Source: an uncultured Thermoleophilia bacterium
GTDB lineage: Bacteria; Actinomycetota; Thermoleophilia; UBA2241
Direction: 5' to 3'
Assembly (NCBI GenBank): GCA_963767505.1
Contig: CAVYDV010000003.1
Location: forward strand, 64,890-128,889
Length of the DNA stretch: 64,000 nucleotides
Part shown: in pieces, positions 25,702 through 38,874 of the stretch
Position numbering within the stretch: position 1 is the first letter of the stretch
Layout of the letters: the number at the start of each line of letters is the position of its first letter
Notes under the pieces: generated by a model
Told to the model about the DNA's origin: nothing
The model's input: the letters and a program-made list of their open reading frames with translations, nothing else
Databases searched by the model: none
Translations under genes and position numbers: made by a program

Positions 25702-26441
25702 GCAGGGCCCTTCGAGCCGGGAGCGGCCGCTACGACACGCCGCCAGCCAGCGGAGCGCGTCGCTCCATCCCGAAGGCAGCCCCGGCCTCGCCGGCATCCG
25801 ACGCTTCGAGCCGCAGGAGCTCGCGCAGCGCCAGGTCCGCGATGTCGAGCTGCTCGGCGGTCGGCTCGCTGGTAGTGAACAAGCGCTGCATCTCAATGCC
25901 CGGGCGACGCAGAGTCCGCGCCAGCGGATGAGTCTGGTGGCGCCCCATCCAGTTGAAGAGCTCGACGGCCGTCCCGATGCTCACCAGGCCCGCCACGAAC
26001 GTGGCCACCGGCTTGCTCTCCTGGCCCGCCGCACGCAGCAGCAAGTTCGTGGCGACCGTGGTGAGCGCCATCGGGACGATCAGGTTGGAGCCGCAGCGCC
26101 CATGCTCCTTGCCGGCCTCAGCTGGATCGATGTCCGTTTCGTAGGCTGCGATGCTCTTGTGCTCCGCGCCATGGTATCGGGCCAGACGAGAGTCGCGCAG
26201 CAGGAGCAGCACCGGAGCCAGCGAGATGCTCGCGGCTACGACCTCGCGAAGGAGCGCCGATCCGGGGACCCTGTGCCGCACGAAGTAGGTGCCCGCGACG
26301 CTGGCCAGCGTCGCCGCCAGCATCCGGGGATCCTCCTGCGGAAGCACCGGCCCTCCCGTGGCGCGCCGCACCGCAGGCAAGACCGCGAGGGCCTCTCCAA
26401 GTCTGAGCAGACCGCGCACGACGGGCAGCTGCTGCGCGGCC

Positions 26442-27782
<1,341 letters not shown>

Positions 27783-28168
27783 GCTGGTCCTCCCTCAGCT
27801 GAGCGATTCTCCCGATCGGGCACTGGAAGTGAATCAGTATGCACGATGACGCGGCGTGAGGAAAGCGGGCGACCAAGATGCGCGTCGGTCCCCAGGCTCG
27901 CGGACACGTCCGGTCGCGACCATGCAACGGACGATCGGATTCCAGCCTGCCCGACTTGAGCTGGCCTTGGCGGCCCGCGGTTACCGCTTGGTCCTCCCGC
28001 CGCCGTTCGCGGTGGCGACACCACGGCTACCAGTCTGCTCCTGGGGGACAACAAGATCGACGATGGACCGGCGGCCCCACAGGGAACATAATAGGGAGAC
28101 ATCCTCAGCGACACTGCCCACTCGATCGGGCATCGGCTGCCGTGACGCTGAGCCACAAAGGAGGACCC

Positions 28169-28468
28169 ATGGAATTGTTCGATACCGCGAAGTCCATAGC
28201 GGGCGACCTGGCCAGCGACGCGGGGCGCGCCGGCAAGGTGACAGCCGCCCAGGCCAACGTCATGCTGCTCCAGCAGGACCTCAAGAAGGCCGAGCGCGAA
28301 CTCGGCCGGGCGACGTTCCCGCTGATCGAGCGCGGCGAGCTGGACCACCCTGATTTGATCGTGGCCGCCGAGCGTGTCCGCGCCGCGCAAGGCGCAATCG
28401 ATGACAAGCGGGCGGAGATCGCGGAGCTGCGCGCGCACGTCGGACGAGGCCGAGGACTCCGCCGATGA
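28169..28468 (+). CDS. coiled-coil hypothetical protein; probably continues to 28543 as an acidic tail (frame change at 28455-28468)
   Basis: Strong SD AAAGGAGGA, then MELFDTAKSIAGDLASDAGRAGKVTAAQANVMLLQQDLKKAERELGRATFPLIERGELDHPDLIVAAERVRAAQGAIDDKRAEIAELRAHV. The -1 frame continues DEAEDSADETVIEAAVIDETTDDAAVEEESPSA*. Confidence 0.5.
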   Translation: MELFDTAKSIAGDLASDAGRAGKVTAAQANVMLLQQDLKKAERELGRATFPLIERGELDHPDLIVAAERVRAAQGAIDDKRAEIAELRAHVGRGRGLRR

Positions 28469-28697
28469 GACCGTCATCGAGGCGGCGGTGATAGACGAGA
28501 CGACGGATGACGCGGCGGTCGAGGAGGAGAGCCCCAGCGCCTGACGCCACAGACGACCTCCGCCTCCAAGACTCCTCCGCACGGCGGATACCCCAGCGCC
28601 GTCGCCGGGCTGCCCCTCTTCCCGCGGCATCGTCTGGTACCCTGAAGGGAATGAGGAGGCTGCAGTGACCAACGATCCAGGGACGTCTCGACCCGAC

Positions 28698-29678
28698 ATG
28701 ATTCGAACACCCGTCGTCGACCTGCGTTCCGGGCAGACGATCGACGGGTGCTACACATGCTCGGAGGTGGAGAGCACCGCCGACCGCAACGGAAAGCCGT
28801 TCCTGCGCCTGCGCCTGCGAGACGCGACGGGCGATGTGAAGGCTATCCATTTCGACCCGTCGGATGAAGCTCTCGGCATGACCGCAGGCGACATCGCCGT
28901 CGTCTTCGGCACATACAGCGTCCACCCGCAGTACGGTCCTCAGGTGCAGGTGCGTCGGCTTGCGACAGGCGACCGCCGAGGAATACGACCTCTCAGAACT
29001 CGTACCAAGTTCGCCGATCGACGCCGGCGAACTCGGCGAGCGCCTTCACGCGCTCATCGACTCGGTGAACGACCCCCATCTGCGCGCCCTCCTCGAGCGC
29101 GCCTTCGACGGCGCCCGCGAACCTGGGGCCACATTCGTCGTGGCTCCCGCCGCCGTGCGCAATCATCACGCCTACCGCCACGGGCTGCTCGAGCACTCTC
29201 TCAGTCGTCGCCGAGTGCGCCGCCGACGTCGCGTCGCGACTCGGCTCCGTCGACCGCGACATGGTGGTCGCCGGCGGCCTGCTGCACGACATGGGCAAGA
29301 CGCAAGCCTACACAGCCGGCGGCATGCTGCCGATGATGACCGACGTCGGTCGCCTGCACGGCGAGATCGTGATCGGCCAGAAGCATCGTCCAGCGCCTCA
29401 TCGATGAGCTGGCTGCCTTCCCGTCGGACATGGCGCTCCGCCTCGGTCACATCATCATCTCGCACCACGGCATGCGGGAGAAGGGCAGCCCTGCGGTCCC
29501 GATGACGCGGGAGGCGATCATCGTGCACTACTGCGACGACATGACGGCGCGCATCGCGGCGGTCGACGACGCCGAGCGCGCAACGCCACCCGGCGAGCCC
29601 TGGTCGAACCGCATCTTCATGATCGATGCTCCCGCCTACCTGGGAAATCGCGAGGAGACGGACAGCGATTCCCACTAG
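28698..29678 (+). CDS. OB-fold plus HD-domain 3'-5' exoribonuclease, YhaM-like (three frameshifts, near 28960, 29205 and 29410)
   Basis: OB domain MIRTPVVDLRSGQTIDGCYTCSEVES...KPFLRLRLRDATGDVKAIHFD. The HD domain is spread over three frames: AAVRNHHAYRHGLLEHSL, then GGLLHDMGKTQAY, then LRLGHIIISHHGMREKGSPAVPMTREAIIVHYCDDMTARI. Confidence 0.75.
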
Positions 29679-29863
29679 CAGTGAGCCAAGCGGCCGTGCC
29701 GCGCCGACACCGCCGGATAGTCCGCTCCCTGTTGGTCTCTTGTTGCACGACGGCAGACTAGCCGAGGCAGTCGACCTCGAGCCACGCGAGCCACCCAAGC
29801 CGAACGCAGCGAGCGCCGTCAAGACCTGATGACGTACAGCGGCCGCCCCACGCCCAAACGGCG

Positions 29864-30511
29864 TCAGCAGCGCTCGACGAAGAGGATCGTCGCTGGTACC
29901 GAGCACAGCTCGGCGAAACGCGCCGCGTCAGATCGACTCCCGACGACGTCTCCGTAGTGCATGGGAACGACCGCGGCCGTCTCGATCAACCGACTGGCCT
30001 CCGCCGCCTCGGTCGCCGTCATCGTGTAGGTCCCGCCGATCGGCAGCAGCGCCACGTCACAGCGCACATCGCGCATCTCAGGGATCAAGTCGGTGTCCCC
30101 TGCGTGATACACACGACGCCCATCAAGCTCGATCACGTACCCAAGACCTCCGGCCTCGCGCGGGTGGAAGAGCACACCGGGCTCGCGGTACTTGTCCGTG
30201 TTGTAGGCGGGCACCGCAGTCACGGATGCCAGGCCGACCTCCACCGTCTGCCCAGCCTCGATGGTCACCGCCGTGAGACCCTCGTCTTGCGGCAAACCGG
30301 CAGTCACGGACGCTGGGCCCACGATGACCGTCCCAGGCCTCGCGATCAGCGCGATGTCGTCCGGGCTGAAATGGTCGGAATGCTCATGCGTGATGAGGAT
30401 CGCATCCGCCGGGGGTGCGTTGGCGGGAAGCTTCCAAGGGTCCACATAGACGGTGCACGACCCCTCGATACGGAACGTGTCGTGGCCGATCCAATGGATG
30501 CCTTCGATCAT
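29864..30511 (-). CDS. MBL-fold metallo-hydrolase
   Basis: MIEGIHWIGHDTFRIEG...ILITHEHSDHFS...YHAGDTD...MHYGD, with SD GGAGGGGGG upstream of the ATG at 30511. Confidence 0.8.
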   Translation of the reverse strand: MIEGIHWIGHDTFRIEGSCTVYVDPWKLPANAPPADAILITHEHSDHFSPDDIALIARPGTVIVGPASVTAGLPQDEGLTAVTIEAGQTVEVGLASVTAVPAYNTDKYREPGVLFHPREAGGLGYVIELDGRRVYHAGDTDLIPEMRDVRCDVALLPIGGTYTMTATEAAEASRLIETAAVVPMHYGDVVGSRSDAARFAELCSVPATILFVERC

Positions 30512-30619
30512 CCCCCCTCCTTCAGCGCGCTCGTGGGGCACGCGCAGAGAAAGCACAGGGCCGACTTCCTGGGTCCGATCTCGTCCCAGGCGGCCGGCCC
30601 TGCCGTCGCTGGTGGAACC

Positions 30620-30922
30620 TCACTCGTCGTCGGATGCCGCCTCGTCGTCGGATGCCGGCTCGTCGTCGGAAGCCGGCTCGTCGTCGGAAGCTGGCTCCTC
30701 GACGGCCTCGGAGCCGGCCGCCGGCGACACGAACCGCACATTGGTGGCCTGTGGCCCCTTGCGCCCCTGCTCCGTCTCATACTCGACCAGCTGGTCCTTG
30801 TCGAGAGTAGTCACACCTTGCGCGAGGCCAGTCACATGGACGAAGATGTCGTTGTCGTTATCCTGCTCGATGAACCCGAATGCCTTCTCGGCCGAGAACC
30901 ATTTGACTTTACCCTGAGGCAC
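30620..30922 (-). CDS. cold-shock protein (CspA family) with an acidic C-terminal (PASDDE)x4 repeat tail
   Basis: GTG start after AAGGAGAT, then MPQGKVKWFSAEKAFGFIEQDNDNDIFVHVTGLAQ... carrying the RNP1/RNP2 motifs, then ...EEPASDDEPASDDEPASDDEAASDDE*. About 100 aa, against about 67 aa for typical Csp. Confidence 0.85.
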   Translation of the reverse strand: MPQGKVKWFSAEKAFGFIEQDNDNDIFVHVTGLAQGVTTLDKDQLVEYETEQGRKGPQATNVRFVSPAAGSEAVEEPASDDEPASDDEPASDDEAASDDE

Positions 30923-30993
30923 GTCTATCTCCTTCTGTCTTGCAGCGCATCCGCGTCGTGCTTGGTGGCCATGGATAGCGCTCCTTGTGCCAC

Positions 30994-31665
30994 TCACGCC
31001 GGTCTCTGGGGCGCAGAGCGTACCTGTAGTGTAGACCCTTTCGCCAGTACTCGAAAGCGGTCGCCGTCTACTGCCGGTGAACCGCGAAGATGGCGATACG
31101 AGCCAGCAGATTGGGAGCGACAGCACGCTGCCGGCGGAGCCTTGTCCGTGCTGCTGAGGAAGAGCTCCTGCCCGATGGACAGACCCTCCTCGGAGCAGAG
31201 CTGGCGGAAGTCCTTGATGGTGCAGAGGTGGATGTTGGGGGTGTCCCACCACTGATAGGGAAGCTCGTGCGAGACGGGCATGCGGCCACGAAGGCAGAGC
31301 CGCGTCCGGGGGGCCCAGTGGGCGAAGTTCGGGAAGCTGACGATCGCCTGCCGGCCGACGCGCACCATCTCGCGCACGATCATCCGCGGACGCCGCAACT
31401 GCTGCAGGCTCATGCTCAGGATGACCACGTCGTGCGAGCCATCGGCGAAGTCGGCAAGGCCCTCGTCCAGGTCTCCGTGGAAGACCGAGAGCCCCTTGCC
31501 GACGCACGCCTCCACGGCCTCCTGAGAGACCTCGACGCCGCTGCCGTGTACGCCCTTCGCCGAGATGAGCTCGCTGAGGAGTTCGCCGTCGCCGCAGGCG
31601 AGATCGAGCACTGTCGCGCCCTCGGGCACGAGGTCCTCGATCAGTTTGTAGTCGATGCGCCTCAT
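30994..31665 (-). CDS. metW: methionine biosynthesis protein MetW (the true stop is probably earlier; the ORF tail is non-homologous)
   Basis: MRRIDYKLIEDLVPEGATVLDLACGDGELL...VSFPNFAHWAPRTRLCLRGRMPVSHELPYQWWDTPNIHLCTIKDF. The ATG lies 4 nt after the metX stop. Confidence 0.8.
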   Translation of the reverse strand: MRRIDYKLIEDLVPEGATVLDLACGDGELLSELISAKGVHGSGVEVSQEAVEACVGKGLSVFHGDLDEGLADFADGSHDVVILSMSLQQLRRPRMIVREMVRVGRQAIVSFPNFAHWAPRTRLCLRGRMPVSHELPYQWWDTPNIHLCTIKDFRQLCSEEGLSIGQELFLSSTDKAPPAACCRSQSAGSYRHLRGSPAVDGDRFRVLAKGSTLQVRSAPQRPA

Positions 31666-31669
31666 CGCT

Positions 31670-32879
31670 TCAGGCCCTCGGTGTGTAGGTGCGCGAGCCG
31701 CTGGCCAGAAACGCACTGATCACGCCCTCCATCTTCTCGCGCTCAAGGAGAAAGGCGTCGTGACCGAAGTGGCTTTCGACCTCGTAGTAGCTCACGTGCT
31801 TGTGGGTCGCTCGCAGCGCGCCCACGATCTCCTTCAACTGATACTCCGGATGCAGCCAGTCGCTCTTGAACGCGAGCACCAGAAAGCGCGCCTCCACATC
31901 GCGAAAGGCTTGCACCAGACTGCCGTGCTGCCGCGTGAGATCGAAGTAGTCCAGGGCACGCGTGATGTACAAATAGGTGTTGGCGTCGAAGCGGTCGGTG
32001 AACGCCAGACCCTGGTGGCGCAGGTAGCTCTCCACCTCGAAATCGGCAGAGAAGGTGAACGAGTAGTCGTGGATCTGGCGCAGGCGACGCCCGAACTTCT
32101 CCTGCATGGCCTCGTCGCTGAGATACGTGATGTGACCGACCATGCGGGCCACGCTCAGGCCCTTGGTCGGAGCGGGACCGCCATAGTAGTGACCGTCCTT
32201 CCAGTTGGGATCGGCCATGATCGCTTGCCGGCCGACCTCGTTGAAGGCGATCGCCTGAGTCGGCTGCCGCGCCGCAGTGGCCATCGGCACGCAAACGTGC
32301 ACGCGCTCGGGGTGCGAGATCGCCCACTCCAGCACCTGCATGCCGCCCATCGATCCGCCTACGGCCGCGAGCAGCTTGTCGATGCCCAGGTGGTCGAGCA
32401 GCATCGCCTGCGCATTGACCATGTCCGCGATCGTGATGATGGGGAAGTCGGTGCCGTAGGGACGTTCGGTGGCCGGGTTGGTCGAGGCCGGACCGGTGGA
32501 GCCGCTGCAGCCGCCGATCACGTTCGAGCAGATGACGAAGTACGTGTCCGTGTCGAGCGCCTTGCCTGGGCCGACCAGCATGTCCCACCACCCCGGGCGC
32601 CTGTCGTTCGCGCTGTGGAGACCGGCGCAGTGTGCATCGCCGGAGAGCGCGTGGGCGACGAGGATGGCATTGTCCCTGCGCTCGTTGAGCGCGCCGTAGG
32701 TCTCGTAGGCAAGCGTGAACGGCCAGAGCTGGCCCCCACCCTCGAGGCCGAGACGCTGGGGCTGCTGGTCGAAGGTCACGCTCTGCCGCGTACACGAGGC
32801 CGGCGGAGCCCCAGTCGTCACCGACGCCGGAGGGGATGTCCCCGATCTCTTTGGTCTGCGCGCGCTTCTCGTCAGTCAT
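31670..32879 (-). CDS. metX: homoserine O-acetyltransferase MetX (frameshift near 32800)
   Basis: N-terminus MTDEKRAQTKEIGDIPSGVGDDWG in one frame (SD GAGGT). The rest is in the frame of ORF 31670..32821: SVTFDQQPQRLGLEGGGQLWPFTLAYETYGALN...VGGSMGGMQVLEW... Confidence 0.9.
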
Positions 32880-33002
32880 GGCCCAACCTCGGTAGGAAGC
32901 ACCGGGAGCGGCCCATGCCACCGCCCAGCGTCCATTGTACGCGCTCGCCAAGGCCGCTCGCTCCCCGTCGCACGCCTCCGCGATTCGGGTGAGCTGCCCC
33001 GG

Positions 33003-34732
<1,730 letters not shown>

Positions 34733-34738
34733 CGTCTT

Positions 34739-34873
34739 CCAGTATCAGGTGGAGGGGCGACCCGCCGACTCCTCCTAGTATTCCTACTTCTTCCTAGAGT
34801 TTGGAAGTTTAGCGGCCCACCCATCGACGTGTCAAGGAAGTGAGCCTCGCCCGTGCCCGCCGCGGGATACTGG
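34739..34873. promoter_or_regulatory. divergent rrf2/murB control region with TCCTA direct repeats at 9-10 bp spacing and a flanking CCAGTATC...GATACTGG inverted repeat
   Basis: TCCTA at 34773, 34782 and 34792, spaced by one helical turn. CCAGTATC lies at 34739-46 and its reverse complement at 34866-73. Confidence 0.35.
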
Positions 34874-34885
34874 TACCATCATCGC

Positions 34886-35782
34886 GTGAGCTCTCTCTCG
34901 GAAATCCTGCGGCGCGAGCTGCCCGGGCTCGAAGAGGCCGTGCCCCTCGCGCCGCTCTGCGCCTACGGTGTCGGAGGCCCAGCCGAACTCCTCTTCCGTG
35001 CGAAGACCACGAACGCGTTGGTGCACGCCGTGAGAACGGCGCGAGAGCGTGCTGTCCCGCTGACCGTGCTTGGCCAGGGCACGAACGTCCTCATCAGCGA
35101 CGAGGGCCTGCCCGGGCTCACGATCCTGACGCGAAACGCGGAGCACACGTTCGATGGCGAGCTCCTGGTGGTCGAGGCGGGTGCAGAGCTTCCCGCCTTG
35201 GTCGCGAGTCTGGCTGACCGAGGTCTCGCCGGCCTCGAGTTCTCGGGCAACATCCCCGGGTCGGTCGGCGGCGCGGTTGTCGGCAACGCCGGCGCCTACG
35301 GACGCGCCGTGAGCGACGTCCTCGTCAGCGTCCACTTCCTCGACGGTGTCACAGAGCACGTCAAGGAGCCGGCCGCGCTGGAGTTCGCCTACCGCACGAG
35401 CTTGTTCAAACAGCTTCCCGATCTCGTCGTCCTCTCAGCGACCTTCCGCCTGCGCCTCGGCGTCCGCAGCGAACTGCTCGAGGAGGTCGCTGAGGATGCG
35501 GCACTGCGCCGCCGCAAGCATCCGCTCGACTCAGACAGCTGCGGCAGCTACTTCAAGAACCCGTCGCGTGAGCTACCGGCGGCTCGCCTCATCGAGGACG
35601 CCGGGCTCAAGGGCCTCAGCACCGGCAAGGCTCTGGTCAGCGAGAAGCATGCGAACTTCCTCGTCGCGCTTCCCGGCGGCACAGCGGCCGATATCGAGGC
35701 TCTAGCGGCTGAGGTCAAGCGCCGCGTGCGGGAGCACAGCGGCCACGAGCTCACGGAAGAGGTGCGCCGCCTGGGAGTCTGA
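34886..35782 (+). CDS. murB: UDP-N-acetylmuramate dehydrogenase MurB
   Basis: In-frame GTG at 34886 gives VSSLSEILRRELPGLEEAVPLAPLCAYGVGGPA.... FAD-binding and MurB C-terminal motifs are present (SYFKNP, LIEDAGLKG). Confidence 0.85.
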   Translation: MSSLSEILRRELPGLEEAVPLAPLCAYGVGGPAELLFRAKTTNALVHAVRTARERAVPLTVLGQGTNVLISDEGLPGLTILTRNAEHTFDGELLVVEAGAELPALVASLADRGLAGLEFSGNIPGSVGGAVVGNAGAYGRAVSDVLVSVHFLDGVTEHVKEPAALEFAYRTSLFKQLPDLVVLSATFRLRLGVRSELLEEVAEDAALRRRKHPLDSDSCGSYFKNPSRELPAARLIEDAGLKGLSTGKALVSEKHANFLVALPGGTAADIEALAAEVKRRVREHSGHELTEEVRRLGV

Positions 35783-35798
35783 GCCTGCCGGGCCATAC

Positions 35799-36404
35799 TT
35801 GCCACACCCGCCCGATGAACTTGCGCCGGAGTACTGGCGTCTCTCACTCTGCAATGGGAGGAAGACGATCGAGGACTTGCCGCACGGCCTGGCCGACCGC
35901 CTGCGCAACGGCGAGCCGGAGGCACGAGTGGAGTTCTTTCGCCGCTACGCCCCACAGGCGCGGCGCATCCTCTTCCTTCAAGGGTACTGCGAGGAGGTAG
36001 ACGACGCCGTGCAGGACGTCTTCATCAAGGTGTATCGCGCGAAGATCCCCGCCGAGTCGACTCTGCTTCCATGGTTCTACAGCGTCATTCTCAACACGGG
36101 GCGCGACCACGGCAGGCGGCGCAAGACGCGCCTCGGCCTGCTCGACAAGCTGCAGCAAGTCGCGCCCGACTGCGCCATCGACCCGCCGGCGGAGCCCGCA
36201 GATCCTGCCCTGCGAGTTGCGCTCGCAGAGCTCCCCGCGGAGCAGCGCGAGGGCGTGGCGCTCCGCTTCTTCGCCGATCTCGCTCTGGATGAGATCGCCG
36301 ACATCCAGAATGTTCCGGTCGGCACGGTGAAGTCCCGCTTGCACAGCGCTATGAGACGGCTGCGTGGCTCGCTCCAGGAGATGGGTTTCGAGCGTCATGA
36401 CTGA
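35799..36404 (+). CDS. RNA polymerase ECF sigma factor
   Basis: Region 2 (VDDAVQDVFIKVYR) and region 4 (ALRFFADLALDEIADIQNVPVGTVKSRLHSAMRRL) are present. Confidence 0.85.
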   Translation: MPHPPDELAPEYWRLSLCNGRKTIEDLPHGLADRLRNGEPEARVEFFRRYAPQARRILFLQGYCEEVDDAVQDVFIKVYRAKIPAESTLLPWFYSVILNTGRDHGRRRKTRLGLLDKLQQVAPDCAIDPPAEPADPALRVALAELPAEQREGVALRFFADLALDEIADIQNVPVGTVKSRLHSAMRRLRGSLQEMGFERHD

Positions 36405-37242
36405 TGCTCCGCAGACAGGCGGCGCTCTGCCCCCCGACCTCGACGACGACCGTCTCCTGGCCTACGTTTTGGGTTTGCAGACCGATCCGCAGCTTGAGGC
36501 GGCTGCGATAGAGGACGCCGCGCTGCGCCGCCGCCTCGATGCGCTGCGTAGCGAGATGATGCAGATCCATGAACAGGTCGCTCGTGCCGTGCCAGAGCCA
36601 AGCGAGACGTACACAGACCTCTCCGAGCCACGCTGGGCCACCCTACGCCCGCATCTCCAGGAGAAGCCGCGCACAGCGGCGCGGGGTCGGCCTCGTGCAC
36701 CGTCCGTCATGACACGCTGGCTCCGTGTGGCTGCTCCGATCGCCGCGGGCCTCGTTGTGCTCGCTGTGGGCGTGGGCGTCCTCCGGCAGCCAGACGGGAG
36801 CGTGCTCACGAACCAAGGAGACAAGGCGGCCGACCTGACGGCTCCCGAAGTCCCAAGCGGTGGGGCGGCCGACGCTGAGCGTGCGGCGGAGGAACAGGCC
36901 GGTCTGGACCAGGCGGATCTGTACGATGTCGTGCTCATCGCCCGCGCGGGACCCTTGAGCAGCGGCTTCCAGCGGTTCGACGTGGTGCGGATGCTGCGGG
37001 GATCGGCGCCGGCCGTGCTTCGCCTGCGCGTGGTGACGCGAGCCGCCGAGGCAGGCCGGCTCCACGTCGTCTACCTCTCCCCCTCGAGACGTGACGAGGG
37101 CGAGACGAGCTCCACCGCCGGCGACGAGGGCCTGAGCCAGTCCATGCGCGACGATCTGCTCCGCTTCGAGGAGGGCGGCGACACCGTTCTCGCCGCGCGA
37201 CTGCCAGCAGACGCGGACCCAGACGACATCGCCCTTCCCTGA
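36397..37242 (+). CDS. anti-sigma factor (single TM, extracytoplasmic C-terminal domain)
   Basis: The ATG overlaps the sigma gene's stop (ATGACTGA). MTDAPQTGGALPPDLDDDRLLAYVLGLQTDPQLEAAAIED, then a TM segment WLRVAAPIAAGLVVLAVGVGVL. Confidence 0.6.
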   Translation: MTDAPQTGGALPPDLDDDRLLAYVLGLQTDPQLEAAAIEDAALRRRLDALRSEMMQIHEQVARAVPEPSETYTDLSEPRWATLRPHLQEKPRTAARGRPRAPSVMTRWLRVAAPIAAGLVVLAVGVGVLRQPDGSVLTNQGDKAADLTAPEVPSGGAADAERAAEEQAGLDQADLYDVVLIARAGPLSSGFQRFDVVRMLRGSAPAVLRLRVVTRAAEAGRLHVVYLSPSRRDEGETSSTAGDEGLSQSMRDDLLRFEEGGDTVLAARLPADADPDDIALP

Positions 37243-37283
37243 GCAGCGTCGCCAAGGAGTGAGGCGTTTCTCCTCGCCCTGCT

Positions 37284-37973
37284 ATGATGCCGCCAGTGAC
37301 GCCCATGAGCCCATCCGCCAGACAGCAGTCGGTCCATGCCTTGCGCAGCCGCTACTTCAGCGACGCGAAGCCGGCGTTCCTCGAGCTCTTCGACCCGCGA
37401 CAGCTGCGCATCCTCGACCTTGGCTGCGGCGGCGGACACAACGGCGCCCTCCTGAAGCGCGCCGGCGCTCGGTGGGTGGGCGGCGTAGAGCTCAGCGCCG
37501 ACGCCTGCGTCACAGCCCGGCAGCGTCTGGACGCTGTGGCCCAGTGCGATCTCGCCGAGTTCGATCCGTCCGCCTTCGGTCCGGAGCCCTACGACGCCAT
37601 CCTCGCCAGCGACGTGCTCGAGCATCTGGCCGAGCCGGAGCTAGTGCTCTCCCGCGCCATCACTCACCTTCGCCCCGGCGGCATCGTCGTCACCTCCATC
37701 CCCAACGTCGCACACGTGTACGTCTTCGCCAACCTGCTGCTCCAGCGCTGGCCGCGCAAGACCTCGGGGATCTTCGATAGCACCCACGTCCGGTTCTTCG
37801 GCAAGAGGAACATGATCGAGCTCCTCGAGGGATGTGGTCTGCGGGTATTGCGCGTGAAGCCCTACTACACCCGTTACCGGCTGGTTCGCGCCGCCTGCCT
37901 GGTCCTGTCGCTCTACGTGTTCCGCGACTACTGGGCGCGGCAGTTCCTCCTGCTTGCCGACAAGCCGGGCTGA
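37284..37973 (+). CDS. class I SAM-dependent methyltransferase
   Basis: SAM-binding motif ILDLGCGGGHNGALL and motif II AILASDVLEHL. Confidence 0.75.
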   Translation: MMPPVTPMSPSARQQSVHALRSRYFSDAKPAFLELFDPRQLRILDLGCGGGHNGALLKRAGARWVGGVELSADACVTARQRLDAVAQCDLAEFDPSAFGPEPYDAILASDVLEHLAEPELVLSRAITHLRPGGIVVTSIPNVAHVYVFANLLLQRWPRKTSGIFDSTHVRFFGKRNMIELLEGCGLRVLRVKPYYTRYRLVRAACLVLSLYVFRDYWARQFLLLADKPG

Positions 37974-38005
37974 GCCGGCATGACCCCGACCGACGCGGAG
38001 GGACA

Positions 38006-38773
38006 GTGACAGATCTCCTCTCAGGCGCGAACTACCTGGTCATAGGTGCCGCCAACTCGCGTTCGATCGCCTGGTCCGTCGCACTGGCCATCAAGAGACA
38101 TGGGGGGGCGGTAGCTCTCACCTATCAGGCGAATCGCCTGAGGAGTCGCGTTCAGGCGCTTGCCGACGAGCTCGGAGGAGCGCCGCTGATCGAGTGTGAC
38201 GTGAGCAGCGACGAGGCGGTGCGTCGCGCCATCGACGAACTTGCCGTGGCGATGCCGGTCCTCAATGGCGTGGTTCACAGCGTCGCCTGGGCGCCCGCGC
38301 ACGACCTGCAGGGCAGCTTCGTGGAGACGACCCGGGAGGGCTTCGCGCAGGCGAACGACATCAGCTCGTACTCCTTGGTCGCCACCGCCCGCGAGGCCCG
38401 GCGCCTCATGGCCCTGGGAGGATCCATCGTCACCATGACTTACGCAGGCTCGTGGCGAGTCGTGCCCAACTACAACGTCATGGGCCCCGCAAAGGCGTCT
38501 CTGGAAAGCGCCGTTCGGTACCTTGCCGCCGATCTCGGCCCTGAGGCCATCCGTGTCAACGCGATCTCAGCCGGCCCGATTGCCACCGTAGCGGCACGCA
38601 CCATCAAGGATTTCGACGGCATGCTCGATCTCCTTGCCAGCCATACGCCGCTGCGTCGCAACGTGACGGCCGAGGAAGTGGCCGACGCCGCCGTCTTCCT
38701 GCTCAGCGATCTCGCCCGTGCGGTCACCGGCGAGATCTTGCATGTCGACGCCGGCGCACACACGACTGTCTGA
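38006..38773 (+). CDS. fabI: enoyl-[acyl-carrier-protein] reductase (NADH) FabI
   Basis: GTG at 38006 (SD GGAGGG) gives MTDLLSGANYLVIGAANSRSIAWSVALAIKRHGGAVALTYQ.... The catalytic Y/K region is SLVATAREARRLM...MGPAKASLESAVRYLA. Confidence 0.9.
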   Translation: MTDLLSGANYLVIGAANSRSIAWSVALAIKRHGGAVALTYQANRLRSRVQALADELGGAPLIECDVSSDEAVRRAIDELAVAMPVLNGVVHSVAWAPAHDLQGSFVETTREGFAQANDISSYSLVATAREARRLMALGGSIVTMTYAGSWRVVPNYNVMGPAKASLESAVRYLAADLGPEAIRVNAISAGPIATVAARTIKDFDGMLDLLASHTPLRRNVTAEEVADAAVFLLSDLARAVTGEILHVDAGAHTTV

Positions 38774-38874
38774 CCCGCTCCATGCTCCGGCGCCGCCTAT
38801 GGCACAATGAAGTGGGAAGGCCAGCGGAGTCCAGCACAGCCGCAGCACACTACCCACGCAAGGGGAGAGGAACG

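Noticed and set aside
30596-30720. Tandem 18-nt DNA repeats, considered as a possible CRISPR-like or satellite repeat
   Set aside because: They are in-frame coding repeats producing the PASDDE tail of the cold-shock protein. Only 4 units are present, with no spacers. This is not a CRISPR array.
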